Shown here: one piece after another, positions 1-14,361 of the stretch
How the letters are laid out: each line of letters begins with the position of its first letter
Numbering within the stretch: position 1 is the stretch's first letter
NCBI GenBank assembly: GCA_964016885.1
Contig: OZ024742.1
Span: 34,038,001-34,102,000 of the forward strand
Direction of reading: 5' to 3'
Origin: Eledone cirrhosa
Taxonomy: Eukaryota
DNA length: 64,000 nucleotides
The notes under the pieces: model-generated
The model's input: the letters and a program-made list of their open reading frames with translations, nothing else
Databases searched by the model: none
What the model was told of the DNA's origin: nothing
Program-made: the position numbers and the translations under genes

Positions 1-123
1 AAAACGAAAGCACACACCCAGCACACCACAACAACAAATAACCCACACACAAACACCAACTCCAATCAAAAACACCCACCCTCGACAAACAAAAATAAAT
101 CTGCGCCTCCCCTCTTCGAAACA

Positions 124-342
124 TTGACAGCATCACAAAAAAAGACTTTACAATACACATATATAAATAAAGAAAACAAAAAACTGTTTAAATTAATAAT
201 CAATAGCCCTTTGGTGCAGACCGAAGGGCCAAACTTTATCTCAACAGAGAACTTTACTCATTTAAAAATGATAAAGGTCCCTCTGGACCTTTATCGTTCC
301 TTAAAAGAACAATTTAAACAGGACGTGAGCCCCCCTGTTTAA
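124..342 (+). pseudogene. Possible C-terminal end of ORF1 of the Tx1-like LINE
   Basis: Open frame ending about 220 bp upstream of ORF2. Assignment rests on position only; no motif recognised. Confidence 0.3.
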
Positions 343-565
343 AACCGTTAAATCGTGTCCTCTTGGAAGATTTCCCCCATAACCTCTCCTCTCCCTAACA
401 CAACTCCAAATACCCCAACGCCACCACACTCGGATACCCCCACACCACCACAAAAAATCCCTCCACCCAACACACCCGACCCCATGGAAATTACACAACC
501 CGGACTCCGGGACGCGGAGAGGTAGGTGCTTTTCTTTCTTCACTTTCAACACCAAAACAGATCAA

Positions 566-3500
566 TTGAGAGTTGGTTGTTTGAATGCGCGTGGCCTGGG
601 CTCAGCTTGGAAGCAAGCAAAGCATCTAAGTGACCTGAGGTCACGAAGTATAGATGTGATGGTTGTTTGCGAGAGTCGGATCAGCAGCGTGCGACAGCTG
701 ACTCCCGCCTTCGATGACTTTGAGATGCACGCATCTCTCTGTCAACCCGGAGGTGGGGGTGGGGTTGCCGTACTGCTGGATAAACGTCTGGCTCTCGACG
801 TACAGATTGTTCACTCGGACCCGAGGGGTCGATTACTGGTTCTGGACGTCGGAGGCGGTGAAGGCGGGGCTTTCAGACTGGTCGGTCTTTATGCCCCCTT
901 CGGGGCTTAAAGAGCCGACTTCTTCCAGCGTCTGGAGACTTTTCTAGGAACGTCGCGTTCCCTGCTTTTAGTGGGGGACTGGAATGGAATCCTAGATGCG
1001 CGTTGGGACTATGCAGGGGCATGTCCCGATAGAGGGGGGTGTAGCAGCCTCAAGGGGTTACTCGATCGATTCGACCTGGTCGATAGATTTCGACTAGATT
1101 TTCCAACTGTGCCAACCTGGACTTGGGCAAACCGCAGTGGTCAATCTAGATCGTACCTCGATAGGTTTTTGGTTAGGAGTAAGGATAGGGACGCATTTAG
1201 TTGTCCAGAATTGCTCATGGTTGGCTATTCAGATCACAAATTAGTGACCTGCGTGGTCAACCTTGATAGAACGCATAGACAGGGTCCCGGTTACTGGAAG
1301 ATGAACTTGTCCTTGCCGGCAAAGGAAGCTTACAGGAACCGGATTAGTAGCTTAGTTAAGATGCGGTTGACGGGAGCGATCGTCAACAGCAGGTGGTGGG
1401 TATCTCTAAAGAGAGAGATTAGAGTAATTTCGATAGGTTACAGTAAGGAACTAGCGGCGAATACAAATAGGAGGGAAATGTAGTTGACAGATAAACTAGA
1501 ATAGGCGATTAGGAGCGGAGACGTGGCCAGAGTGTTAGCGGCGAGAACGGCGTTGAGCCAATTCTTTGACGCGAAGCACGAAGGCTGCGTTGTCCGAAGT
1601 AAAATACGTGCTTTAGGAAACGAAGTGACCAAAGCTGTTAGCTGGGCCCGCGTGACAGAAGCCAAGAGTGGGATTAGATCCACCATTCGGTCTTTGCGAG
1701 ACCAGGATGGACGGGTGATCCTTGAACCTGAGCGGATGTGCGTGGCCTTTCAAAGGCACTTTGCTCGACTGTTCGGAGGGGGCGGGGGGCCGGACGGGGA
1801 TGTGGACTTCGGTCCATACCTCGACGGTCTACCGCGTCTTTCGAGCGGCGAAGCGGAGTGCTGCGAAAGGCCAATCACAGCCACTGAAATCGGGGAAGCG
1901 CTCAGCCAATGCAGCAGACGCAAATCTCCGGGCCTCGATGGTCTACCATACGAACTTTATTTAGCTATGCCGGTCTTGTTCTCCGAACTCCTCGAGGCTG
2001 TCTATTGCAACTGGCAACAGAACGGGAGAATTCCTGTTCTGTGACCAAGGGCGTAGTCACGCTAGTGAGGAAGGACGAGAGCAAGGGGGACGACTTAAGT
2101 AACTTTAGGCCCATAACTCTGCTGAATGCAGAGTTAAAGATTTTGGCCAAGGTGTTAGCGAAGAGGTTGGCGCATTGTGGTGGGTGGCTTGGTGGGAGAC
2201 GCGCAGACATGCGCTATCCCGTCCAGGTCCATTCACGACAACCTCCACCTCATGCGATACATCGTAGAGAGGGTTGGGAACGAACCCGGCTTTGGTGGGG
2301 CCCTGATCAACTTGGATCAATCTAAGGCGTTCGATAGGGTCGACCATGGTTACCTGGATGCGGTGCTAGCGGCGGCGGGCTTCGGACCCGTTTTCAGGGG
2401 CTGGATTTCTGCCATGCACAGTGGAAACGTCTGCTCTAGGGTTAAAGTAAACGGCTACCTCTCGGAGCCGTTTCAAATCACCCGGTCCATCAGGCAGGGG
2501 TGCCCCCTCTCCTCCCTTCTGTACGTATTGGCTCTCGAGCCACTGCTGCGGAAGTTGGAGTTGCTGCAGGGCATACCTCTGGAACCGGGATTGCACAAAG
2601 CGGTCTCGGCCTATGCCGACGACGTAACAGTAATGGTGGCGGACGCCTCGGAAATCGGGGCGATCGCCACCCTACTGAAGGAATACGAAAGGCTGACGGG
2701 GTCTAGGCTGAACCGGGACAAGTCAGTCGGTTTGCAACTCGGAACGTGGAGGGGAAAACCGATGCCGTTCGACGGTGTCGTCGGACGGTGGACGGAGGGC
2801 CCGGTGAAGCTGCTCGGGGTCTGGTTCGGACCGGACCTCCAGGTGGAGAAGAATTGGGGCGAGGTGACGAGCAGGGTGTTTGCGCTGACACAGAAGTGGG
2901 TCAAGGCAAACTATCGCTGAAAGGTCGGGCGGAGGTGGCGAACGCTTACATAGCGTCCGTCATCTACTACCGCCTGACCGTCGTGACTTGCCCTAAGAAA
3001 ACGCTCACCATCATGGAGCGCATGCTCTTCCAGTTCCTCTGGAAGAAGCGGCCTCCCATGGTGAGGAGATCCATCTGCTGCCAGCACCCTTCGAAAGGAG
3101 GGCTGGGTATGCCGTGGCTGTTGATGCGTCGGCACGCATTGAAGCTACGGCATCTACAGGTATTCCTCACCGGTCAGCTGGTGTGGGCCCCGTTTGTGAG
3201 GCGAGCCTTCTCACAGCTCGTCTCGCTCACCGAGCTGCAATCCTGGGTGAAGCAAAGACCGAGAAAACTGGGCAACTGGCACACCGAGTGTGCCCAGGCG
3301 CTCACGGCTCTCTGGCAAGCGGACCCGACGATCAGTGGAGAATCCACCTCGACATTCTATAGAGGGCTCGTGGCTAGCAGGGGTGACGACACCCTTGGAG
3401 AGTCGCTAGGCATAGAGGAGGACGAACTGGCCAGTCTGTTCGGTAGAACTTTCGGCCCGGGACCCTTGGATATCTTCCAGAGGTCCCTAGCCTGGCAGTG

Positions 3501-3993
3501 CCACCGGGGGGCTCTGCCCGTTCGAGAAAAGCTTTACAGACACGGGCGCCCGGGCAGGGATCCCGCGAAAATGATCTGTCCCAGATGCGTGCGCGACGAG
3601 GAAACCGTTGCGCACGCACTGGTACACTGCCCGGGCGTTGCCGATCTGTGGCGCTACGTCGAACGACTGCTGTCGCGTGTGGCGCCAATTCGATTGGCCG
3701 CCGAGTCTGTGGGGAACATCAAGCCGCCTCCTCCCTTCAGAAATGAAGCAGAGGCGGTCTTTCTGTGCGTAATAGCCACGAAGAAAGAGGTTGTGTGGTG
3801 GACGCGCCTGAAAGGTCTGAGGTCGGGTGACTTTCTCTCCGGCCAACACCTGGTTTACTTCTTCCGATACCACTTCGGAAGAAGGATCAGGATGGAGAGA
3901 GAAGTGCTTGGCCCTAGACAGTTTTATGAAAGGTGGGTGAAAGTGGCGAGAATAGCTCGTGTAAATGGGCCTTCTCTCTACATTTTTCTGTAG
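566..3993 (+). pseudogene. LINE ORF2 (APE endonuclease + reverse transcriptase + zinc-binding tail), disrupted
   Basis: Motifs LNARGL, GDWN, SYLDRF, SDH, GPGYWKMN, KSPGLDG, FRPITLLN, DQSKAFDRV, RQGCPLS, YADD and CPRC..HALVHC. In-frame stops at ~908 and ~1481; frameshifts near 2035, 2177 and 2905. Confidence 0.95.
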
Positions 3994-4996
3994 ATGAAAA
4001 AGTGAAGAGGAAAGGGGGAGCGCCTCCTCTCTGGGCTTCCCCCGGGAAAAGGGTAGCACACTTTTCGGGGGTATGTGCAATCCCCAACACGGCCCCTCCC
4101 TTTTGAGGACTTTTTATTATTATATTATTCTTATTGTTATGCCTTTTTTCTTTACTCGCATTTATGTAAACTTTTGCTTTTTTTCAACCTTTTTCTACCT
4201 TTCATTTTCTTCTTTTCATTTCCTTTGTTGCATCCCTAAAACCTTCATGCTATAAGAAGCACCACACTTTTTTCGTTTACGTCACATAAAATTCTGTATT
4301 TATTGTTATAGCTTAATAGCTATAAATTAATGTTTTTCTCTCCTCTCTTACTCCACTAGACAGCGTTTGGCTTGTGTCAGACGCTGTGACACGCGGTGGA
4401 CAAGAAGTACCGTTGGTAAGGGGACGAAACTGCCAAAGTCCACCTTAACGGCCGATAACCCTGGAATTCTGTGTCTTTCGTTTATATTTTTATTTCTTAA
4501 AAAATGATTCTTAAAGATTTCCCTTTAAAAAATTGTTTTTCGTTTTGCCTTATTTTCTTTCGTTGTATTGTCCTCCCCTTGTTAATTTTCTGAAGTTCAT
4601 CATTAATAATCTGTTTCGAATGTGTTGGGTCTTCTCACTCGCCATTAATTTCAATGGTTTAAATTTTCTAACACAATATCGCAAATGTAGAGTCTAGAAC
4701 TGGACTCGATTCAATCGACTTTTCGCTCGCCTAAAATTGTTGGCCTTGTTCCAAAACTAGAAACAATTATTTCTTTGACAGTTTCATGTGAGTTTCTACT
4801 GCATTACCAGGTTCACTTTTGTGTTCATGAAATATGTTTTCATGTTTTGGAGGCCCTATACAGGCTCGAGCTAGAATACTGCAATCTAATATTCTTTGAT
4901 TATAGGGTTTAGCTTAGTGCTTCGTGTGTTATATTTCTGTTTGTTCTGTTGTGTAGAGTATGTGTAACGTGAGTTGTGTTATTTTGTTAGAAGGTA

Positions 4997-5215
4997 GAGC
5001 GGTGGATTGGCAGTATCGGTAGAGCACCGGACAACATGATTTGCGACATTTACTTACGTTCCTTTACATTCTGAGTTCAAATCTTGTCGTGGTTGGCTTC
5101 ACCTTTCATCCTTATGTTGTCGATAAAATGAAGCAGTAGTAACACACTAGGTCGATTTAATAGATTTCAATTCTTCCCTCCCCAAATTGGTGGCCTTGTG
5201 CCTAAATCAGAACGA
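4997..5215 (+). mobile_element. SINE (abundant family, core ttctgagttcaaa...cctttcatcc...gtcgataaaat...ggccttgtgcctaaa)
   Basis: The same ~200-bp core recurs more than 10 times in the window on both strands; it has a B-box-like GAGTTCAAA. Confidence 0.75.
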
Positions 5216-6261
5216 TTATTATTAGTAGAAGTTGTAGTATATCGATTTAAAAAAAAAGTAAATATCATTTAGAATATTGAATTCATGGAATTATGAAGAA
5301 TCGATTAAGCCTTCTTGAATAACTTTCTCTCTTGGTAAAACTGGATACTTCTTCTCACTTCACTCTCCAGCTTAACAATCTCTATTGTGATGTCAAGGCA
5401 TGTCCAATTCCTTCCACTGAATAGAGAGAAAGAACAACTTTGAGGTTTTGTTGTCCATTTTTACTTCTTATTTATAGAAATTTCCTGTTTTTACCTTCAC
5501 CTTATAATTTTCTACCATTGCAATACACTTAAATGTAGCTGTTGCTGCAAAACATATAAGGAAAAATAAACTAAACAGAAAAAATGAAAATTGTCAGATT
5601 TCCATCTGTTACTGCTCCACTGTCTTTAATTACCCCTGGAATATGAACGTAGTGATAAATTCTAAACGAAACGAGTTCGCGATCTATTTTTACATGCCTG
5701 GTTAGTGCCTTTCATGGAACATGAAAGGTTAACGAATTCAAAATGAAATGAATGAATAACACACACTCACAAACGCCACTTTCTGATAAAATTCATGCGT
5801 TCTATTTAAGCAAGATATTCACATGTGTTGTTAGTACAACATGTTATCGTTGTTGTTCTTGCTAAGTTTATCGTGGGATTCATAGTGGAAACATCTGGCA
5901 TCCTGGGTTCCAGAACAAACTCCTTACCAGCTGCAATTAAAATCAGAACGGACGTCATATGTCAGGCCGGTTATTTCAGTACACCCCTCTCGCTATCCTT
6001 GGGTATAAAGCACTCGCCATTCTGTCCACCGGGAACATGAATTAACATTTATTTCATATTATCCCCCTATACGAATTCAGTTGAATAGTCTTAAATACTT
6101 CAATACTCTGGATATATTTAATGATGTAATAACTGTAAGTCTTTGTTGCTGATATTCAAGTGAGAAAGTTGAGTAATGTGGGATCTCTGTATCTGTAGAC
6201 AGTGATAGTAACTTTCAACAGAGGTGGTCTGTAGACAGGTGTTGAGAAATTTATATCATTT

Positions 6262-6396
6262 GTAGTGACTGAGAACTATATAATGTCGTGACAGAGCCTA
6301 GCATTGGTAGTGACTGAGAACTATATAATGTCGTGACAGAGCCTAGCATTGGTAGTAACTGAGAACTATATAATGTCGTAACAGAGCCTAGCATTT
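6262..6396. repeat. 45-bp tandem repeat x3
   Basis: gtagtgactgagaactatataatgtcgtgacagagcctagcattg repeated three times. Confidence 0.9.
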
Positions 6397-6694
6397 AGTG
6401 ACATGAGAGTCTACTAGTTACATATAAATTTAGATAACCATATCTTTGTAAATATATTCCGCTTTTGTATCTACTCTTAGTGAATGTTTGAATAGTTCGT
6501 TAGTCTGTTTTATTGTTACGCTATCGTTTAGCTTATTTCACCCAATTATGAAGTAAATCTATCATCAAAGGCGCGTCCAATAGTAAGCATACTATATTTA
6601 TTCTATATTAGGGAATACATTATCAAATAGGACCTACTTTAATAATAGTAATAAATTTTAATTTAGGTAGAAGGGAAACAATTTTGTGAGGGAA

Positions 6695-6830
6695 AAGTCG
6701 ATTAAATCGATTAACAATTATTCTATCGACCATGAAAGGATGAAAGGCAAAATTGGTCTCAGTGGAACTTGAACGTTAAGAGCCGGATCAAATTTGTCCG
6801 ACGCTCTACTGACACAGTTAATCCACTTTA
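6695..6830 (-). mobile_element. SINE fragment, same family as 4997
   Basis: Reverse complement of the SINE core (gtcgattaaatcga...gatgaaaggcaaa). Confidence 0.6.
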
Positions 6831-6916
6831 TCTTACCTAAAAAATAATAAATACATGTAAGAGGGTAAGAGATATGAAAACAAGAGGAAGAAAAGTGAGA
6901 AAATGCACACACACAC

Positions 6917-6974
<58 letters not shown>

Positions 6975-7220
6975 TAAAGTTAGTCCTTCATCAGTGATCT
7001 TCCAACCATCATTGGTATTTCATCGCTTTAAAGGCCATATACCTCCGGTTGGTGCGAGCAACGGCTAAAAAAAGTCGTTGGGACACGTAAATAAAGGGGA
7101 CACGAGAGTGTAAACAAAGAAAGATGGTGAAGCAACGAAAAGTGAGGAAGAAGGAGTCAAGTCCCAAATTTCCATGAATATAAGTTCGGTAAAATTGTGA
7201 ACGAATATATATATATATAT

Positions 7221-7413
7221 AGGAACAAGTATGACCCCGACGGCAGAGCTCAAGCCGTTTCGACGGCTAATTCTGGACTCCAGAATTAGCCGTCGAAAAG
7301 GCTTGAGCTCTGCCGTCTGGGTCATACTTGTTCCTATTACCCACTCTACTACCCTAAGTATTGAGTACTTTGGTGCGTTATGGTCCATCTGGTTCCTTAC
7401 CACATTTCCTTCG
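7221..7413 (+). mobile_element. ~190-bp fold-back non-autonomous element, copy 1 (family A)
   Basis: ~57-bp inverted arms plus ~78-bp tail, flanked by (TA)n; six copies in the window. Confidence 0.9.
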
Positions 7414-8622
7414 ATATATATATATATATATATAATGTGTGTGTGAATATATATATCCTTGAAAATTAAGTTAACGTAGAGTTAACGGCTATAATGTACA
7501 TTTTTACTATGAAAAAAAGTCTAATAAGTTGAGTGTAAAAGCCTCAGGAGGTGTAAAACCTGGAGAGTGACACCTGTCTGTATCGAACTCACACCTGCCG
7601 AATACAGTGATGGAGTGTTAATTCTATTACAAAAATCGTTTTGCTACAGGATACATGGTTAAGGAAATGAAACACGTCCTTGGGATCGTCGGACCAACAA
7701 CCTAATCACCTGGCCTTGAAGTTTTACTACTAAAGCCAGCAACTTACTCTTGTAGCTGACAATTGCAGCTCTTTGGAAACGGTTTAGAAGAACCAATTAT
7801 GGAAACTACGGCGAAGCTTTTAGTAATGTGAGTGGAGCTGAGATTAGTGGAGGACGAGAACTGCAGCTAAGAGAGGAAGTTATTGCAATACTTTTAAATC
7901 AATGACTCTTATTTTCTTGTCACATGCTCAGACATGTCAGTTACACCCTACACACAGACACACATATACATACGCATATATATATATATAGTTGCGTATT
8001 AGTGTGCGTGCGTTTGCATCTGCACATATGATATACTATACACATATGTTCATGCATAATTACTACACACATACACACACACATAATACGCATACGCAGA
8101 CACAGACACACACACAGACACACATATATATATATATAGTTTGCATCTGTGTAAATATGTTCGTATGTATGTGTGCCTGCATGTGTGTATGTAGGTCTAT
8201 GTGTTCAGACAGAGGCACATCTAGATTGAAAACTACTTACACATATTGTCCCGTATCTATAAATCAATATTAAATCTTATATACAGAAAGTGCTCTCTAT
8301 CAATCAGTGAATTCTACAACGGTGAGGGTGTTCCAGTACATAATGAGCTGGTGTATTTAAAGCGAGTGTGAGTGTATGTATAAATCTGTGTTTGTCATCT
8401 ATGTGTGGTTTGCGTGTTAATAGTTATGATTGAAGGATGTAGGTGATGGTGAGAATAGGGAGATGGAGCGGGGATTGAAGGCACCGATAAGCGACGAAGG
8501 TTAAACTTTTGTATGACGGGTTCGTGAATTTTGAAGGAATCGGCCATTGTATGTTTTGGCATCTCAATATATAGAGGAACTAGTGAATCTGTCTGTATAC
8601 GCCAACACACACACACACGCAT

Positions 8623-8731
<109 letters not shown>

Positions 8732-8953
8732 AACACACACACGCACATATATATATATATATGTGTGTGTGTGTGAATGTACGTGTACGTATTGTACATT
8801 TAATAATAATCGAGATGTTTATGAAAAAAACATTTGTGATGATGGACACAACCTTAAAATTCATAGCGAAAGGTCTTCCAAACATTTTCCATAAACATTC
8901 CGTATATTACTACATATGCAATACGTACATTCATAAGTATATCGCTGTGTTGG

Positions 8954-9079
<126 letters not shown>

Positions 9080-9104
9080 AGTGCGTGTGTGTGTGTATAT
9101 ATAT

Positions 9105-9235
9105 GTGAAGGCCCGTGGCTGAGTGGTTAGAGAATTGGATTCGCAGACCGGATGAAGCGTTATCTCCTTGATCAAGACACGTTGCTCCTTCAACCTGGAG
9201 TTGCGACCTATAGATAGTATTAGCAATTGAAAAGA
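9105..9235 (+). mobile_element. tRNA-derived SINE head fragment
   Basis: A-box-like gtggctgagtggttagag next to (CA)n; degenerate. Confidence 0.5.
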
Positions 9236-9291
9236 CCAATGGAAACATTGTTTCCTCGGTCCGATATGACGAAAGTCGATCGACTGTCGTC

Positions 9292-9343
<52 letters not shown>

Positions 9344-10984
9344 TATGTGTTTACACACACATGTATATTCCTCCATGTCTGTAGGTGCAGGTCTGAGTAT
9401 ATGAAGGTAAGTGAACGAATGTGAGTGTATATATCCTTGTATGTTTTTGAGTTAAGTAAAAAAATGTACACATACATTTAAGCTTATATGCTCGAGCTCG
9501 TGCACGTCTGTGTGTGTGTGTGTGTGGCCATGTGTATGTGGCCCTGTGTGCGTGTGTGTGTGTGTATGCGTATGTCTTCTTCAACTTCATAGCTGTCAAC
9601 TTCGTAGATGTCACCTTGAACCTAAACAATTCTTCATTTTCTCTCCTTACGAAAAGCTGAATGGAACACTACATTTCATACGCAGTCATTTTTAACCAAG
9701 CCAGAGTAATATTATCAACAATTTATAATATTTCTATCGAACAATCATTAATGGTTCTCTCACATTACTCATTCACAGAAAGAAGATGTGGAAGAGAAAG
9801 CTGTTTCGCGCTCATAGGCCAAAGCAATTTTACTTCATCGCGATGTTGTTAATCCATTCATTAGAATCAGATACAGATGTGACACTTAGGAAATTATTCT
9901 TAGTCAACTATATTTCTATGAGGTTATCCAAACTATCCGTAAAAAGGGAAATTAATCTCTTACGATATTCTTCCAATTACTACAATAACGTTTTCTCCTG
10001 TAGTTGATACCAAGACAAATCAAGTATGTAGGAAATGGATTGGACATTCGTTTGTTTCCACGATGACTGTTGCAGCTGTTTGATCATCCGAATAGCTTAC
10101 GCGTTAAATTTATATGTAAGTGGGATGAGCTCCGAGCTACGCCAAATTCATGCGAATACAGAAAAACGGATGCAAAACAAAGATGTTAATTCATAATCCA
10201 AATGGAAAAGAAATAGAACCCAATTCAACCCAACGTTCGACAGTGATACTTACAGGATGACAAACGTTTAACCTCATAAAATATTTATTACAATATATAT
10301 AACTAAACGTATCGAAATTATATCAAAACCACATAACTCACAAACATATATTATAGTTTGAATGTAATTCAGAGAAACAACAAAATTCTATTAGTCACTT
10401 TGGAGGTGGAGCAGTGTTCAGTAGCAACTAATTTACGAATTTTATTAAGATGATGATAGATTGGGCGATTGGTAAGTAAGAAACAAACACGCAATAATGT
10501 ATTATCTATCTATTACTTTTATAACATGAATAGACAAACTGCACCACAATTACATAAATAAACCGTAGTGATGACTCGTTAATCGAAAGAGTTTTCTGAA
10601 AATTCTGCCATCACGAACACAATTCTCTCTTTAACAAACACCCATATAAATTAATCGTTGTTAAGTCTATCCCGCCCAGTCATTAACTAAGCAACTTAAT
10701 TTCTAAGGTTACATTCACACTATAACTACTATTTCCTCCCATGTCATTCCCCTTTCCCTATGTTAATCTTTACCATCGACCCTCTTCCAATTTTGTAAGC
10801 ACAAATATCAACACTGCATTATCTCTATGATGAAAGAATGTTCACCGCGAAATAAATTACATTTGTAGTATTAAACATTTAGAAAATTTCCTATTTACAC
10901 CACTATTATAGCATTGAGTTCTTAATTTTATATTTGGTTCGAGCTTATTCCAGTTCTATTGAACAAAGTAATTATATATATATC

Positions 10985-11071
<87 letters not shown>

Positions 11072-11094
11072 GCGTTCGTGTGTGTATGTGTGAG

Positions 11095-11127
<33 letters not shown>

Positions 11128-11147
11128 ATATATATATATAATGTATT

Positions 11148-11206
<59 letters not shown>

Positions 11207-11213
<7 letters not shown>

Positions 11214-11315
11214 TAACAGATTTAATAATTATTTGCTCTACGGTTCTTATATATTTGATATATATTTATCCTTATCGAGCCCTCTTTGGATTTTAGTCTT
11301 CAAATTTATTATTAT

Positions 11316-11320
<5 letters not shown>
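11207..11320 (+). mobile_element. Short fragment of the family at 60958-61695 (arm end + tail)
   Basis: Near-identical to 61600-61690; flanked by (TA)n. Confidence 0.75.
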
Positions 11321-11389
<69 letters not shown>

Positions 11390-11770
11390 GTGTGTGTGTA
11401 TACACATATATATAAAACACCAGGCAACATATGATATTGTTTTTTGCAATCTTTTATATTTTCTTAAGGATGTTATAATGAAATAGTTTGTAATTAAACA
11501 TGAATGTTACTTTATAGGAATCTACATAACAATAACCGCTTCAAGTCAATTCTAGAAATTAATTAAAATAATATAAAAATAACCGTATTCTTTTATTCTT
11601 TTACTGGTTTCTGTCATCAGGGTGTGTGTTCCATTTCTTTCTTCTCTACTTTTTCTATTATTCCTGTCTGCATTGTATATAAAATTGCTAAAACTCATAT
11701 ATTTACCATTTGTGTATAAGAAGAACAAGTATGCATACATACATACATACATTCACACACACACACACAC

Positions 11771-11816
<46 letters not shown>

Positions 11817-11821
<5 letters not shown>

Positions 11822-12344
11822 AACGAATAGAGGTGTAATTATATATTGGTAAACGGAATAGAAAATGCTGACAAATTGTTCACAGTTGAAAAATGGTTTA
11901 ATTAGGAATAAAAGAGTATTAGTGATTGTATGGGTTAGTATTCAGTTGTGGTTTTAAGTTTTTAAGTTTTTACCGGTTGCGCATTTCTAAATGCTTTTCA
12001 AAAATAATTTTGAGATAGAGTGTCCGTGCTGTTTGCTCTGATCTGATTAGTTTTGGGAATTCTACCTGTTTTTATGTTAAAAAAATGGCTCCAGCGTTAT
12101 TTTTGTGTTGCAAAAATGTTTGTGGTCAAAACAATTTTGATTGGTCGGTAGAGGTCATGTGAATGTAAAAAGTTGATTTTGCGCCAAGACTGTTTTTATG
12201 TTAAAATGTTAGAAAAGTGGCTCCAGCAAAAATTATTGGTCAAAACAATTTTGATTGGTCGGTAGAGGTCATGTGGATAAAAAATTGGTTTTGCGCCAAG
12301 ATTGAGAAATGACTCTTTCACAACATATATGTGTGTGTGTGGGT

Positions 12345-12412
<68 letters not shown>

Positions 12413-13231
12413 TAGTAGTAGTAAGGTGTTCGATGCTGCGACAATAGCCACCAGCGATGTGTGTCAAATGGCTATTAAGATAAGTGTGTGTGTGTGTGTG
12501 TGTGTGTGTGCGTACATACACACAGCAGAGTCATTCGAAGGTCAAAAGATATTTTTCAGCTTTTGTCTTATACGGAGAAGTGCGTGTGTGTGTGTGTGTG
12601 TGTGTGTGTATAAGTCTCTTTGTATGTTGATGTACGCGTGTGTATGTGTTTGTGTATATATGTGTGTGTGTGTGTGTGTGCGTGTGTGGGTGGACCAGTA
12701 TTTTTTTCCCCCCTGGTAAAATGGTGTACATTATTCGATTTGTTCAGTAAAATCGGTTCTCTTAATAGAACATCAGCACACATCTCTACCCACATATAAA
12801 CACAATGACACACGTAAACACACATGCTCTATGGTGCAATACAAAAAAATATATGTGCATATATATGTATGTATATATGTATATATATATATATGTAGTG
12901 AAAATATATATGTGTGTGTGTGTGTGTATATATATATAGTGAATATCATTTCACACCTTTTATTGTTAAGATTGTTGATGTTCTATTAAGAGAACCGATT
13001 TTACTGAACAAATCGAATAATGTACACCATTTTACCAGGGGGGAAAAAAATACTGGTCCACCCACACACGCACACACACACACACACACATATATACACA
13101 AACACATACACACGCGTACATCAACATACAAAGAGACTTATACACACACACACACACACACGCACTTCTCCGTATAAGACAAAAGCTGAAAAATATCTTT
13201 TGACCTTCGAATGACTCTGCTGTGTGTATGT

Positions 13232-13265
<34 letters not shown>

Positions 13266-13334
13266 ATCTTAATAGCCATTTGACACACATCGCTGGTGGC
13301 TATTGTCGCAGCATCGAACACCTTACTACTACTA

Positions 13335-13384
<50 letters not shown>

Positions 13385-13881
13385 ACACACACACATATTT
13401 GTTGTGAAAGAGTCATTTCTCAATCTTGGCGCAAAACCAATTTTTTATCCACATGACCTCTACCGACCAATCAAAATTGTTTTGACCAATAATTTTTGCT
13501 GGAGCCACTTTTCTAACATTTTAACATAAAAACAGTCTTGGCGCAAAATCAACTTTTTACATTCACATGACCTCTACCGACCAATCAAAATTGTTTTGAC
13601 CACAAGCATTTTTGCAACACAAAAATAACGCTGGAGCCATTTTTTTAACATAAAAACAGGTAGAATTCCCAAAACTAATCAGATCAGAGCAAACAGCACG
13701 GACACTCTATCTCAAAATTATTTTTGAAAAGCATTTAGAAATGCGCAACCGGTAAAAACTTAAAAACTTAAAACCACAACTGAATACTAACCCATACAAT
13801 CACTAATACTCTTTTATTCCTAATTAAACCATTTTTCAACTGTGAACAATTTGTCAGCATTTTCTATTCCGTTTACCAATA
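11817..13881. mobile_element. 2-kb fold-back element (arms ~11843-12775 and ~12975-13881)
   Basis: Arms are near-perfect reverse complements differing mainly in (CA)n lengths. The terminal 200 bp recurs at 51139-51338. Flanked by (TA)n. Confidence 0.85.
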
Positions 13882-13896
13882 TATATATATATATAT

Positions 13897-14008
13897 AGAA
13901 ATGGCTTCTACAGGACTAGAACTGTTTCACCAGGAAGAAATCATCAAACTCTGCTATGTATTGAGTACCTTTCTTACTGCGGTTACCCCCAATTGAACCC
14001 GGGATAAA

Positions 14009-14010
<2 letters not shown>
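13897..14010 (+). mobile_element. Mini element family B (inverted hammerhead-containing arm + tail)
   Basis: Homologous to 53503-53630 and 41222-41271. Confidence 0.75.
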
Positions 14011-14076
<66 letters not shown>

Positions 14077-14079
<3 letters not shown>

Positions 14080-14361
14080 GGCGTTGGATGTTTAAAGCGT
14101 CCGTTTGCGGTAGGCCGTTTGAGCACTCGATGCTCTCATAGCGCAGAGTATGATATCACAGAAAAAAAGAGAATCAGTGTTGCGACGAATGGAATTTATT
14201 GTTTCTCTGCCGACCAGAATCAAGACGTATCTGAGGACCTTGCGATTTTCAGAGTCAGGTTCGATCATTACATCGATCGTGCCTCAAGCTGGTCTCCAGA
14301 CAAACGATTGTAATGTGTTCAATAAATTCCATTCGTCGCAACACTGATTCTCTTTTTTTCT

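Larger units (their letters stand above)
1..4560 (+). mobile_element. L1-clade (Tx1-like) non-LTR retrotransposon, decayed; 5' part lies outside the window
   Basis: GC-rich ORF2 with APE endonuclease, RT and C-terminal Cys/His motif, followed by a T-rich 3' UTR. The 3' boundary is approximate. Confidence 0.88.

Noticed and set aside
714-4080. Overlapping and antisense ORFs within the LINE
   Set aside because: By-products of the GC-rich ORF2, with no independent motifs.
4366-4440. Type III hammerhead in the Tx1 3' UTR
   Set aside because: ctgtga and cgaaac are present, but the stems cannot be arranged into the hammerhead topology; alternative hairpins explain the pairing.
5470-6400. Possible minus-strand exons or pseudogene
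   Set aside because: A good acceptor occurs near 5545, but frames are short, interrupted by stops, and without recognisable domains.
7748-7860. Possible next host exon on the minus strand (ctgcag|FSSSTN...CQLQ|gtaagt)
   Set aside because: Splice-like signals and an open frame exist, but the peptide resembles nothing expected after the 24002 exon; needs RNA evidence.
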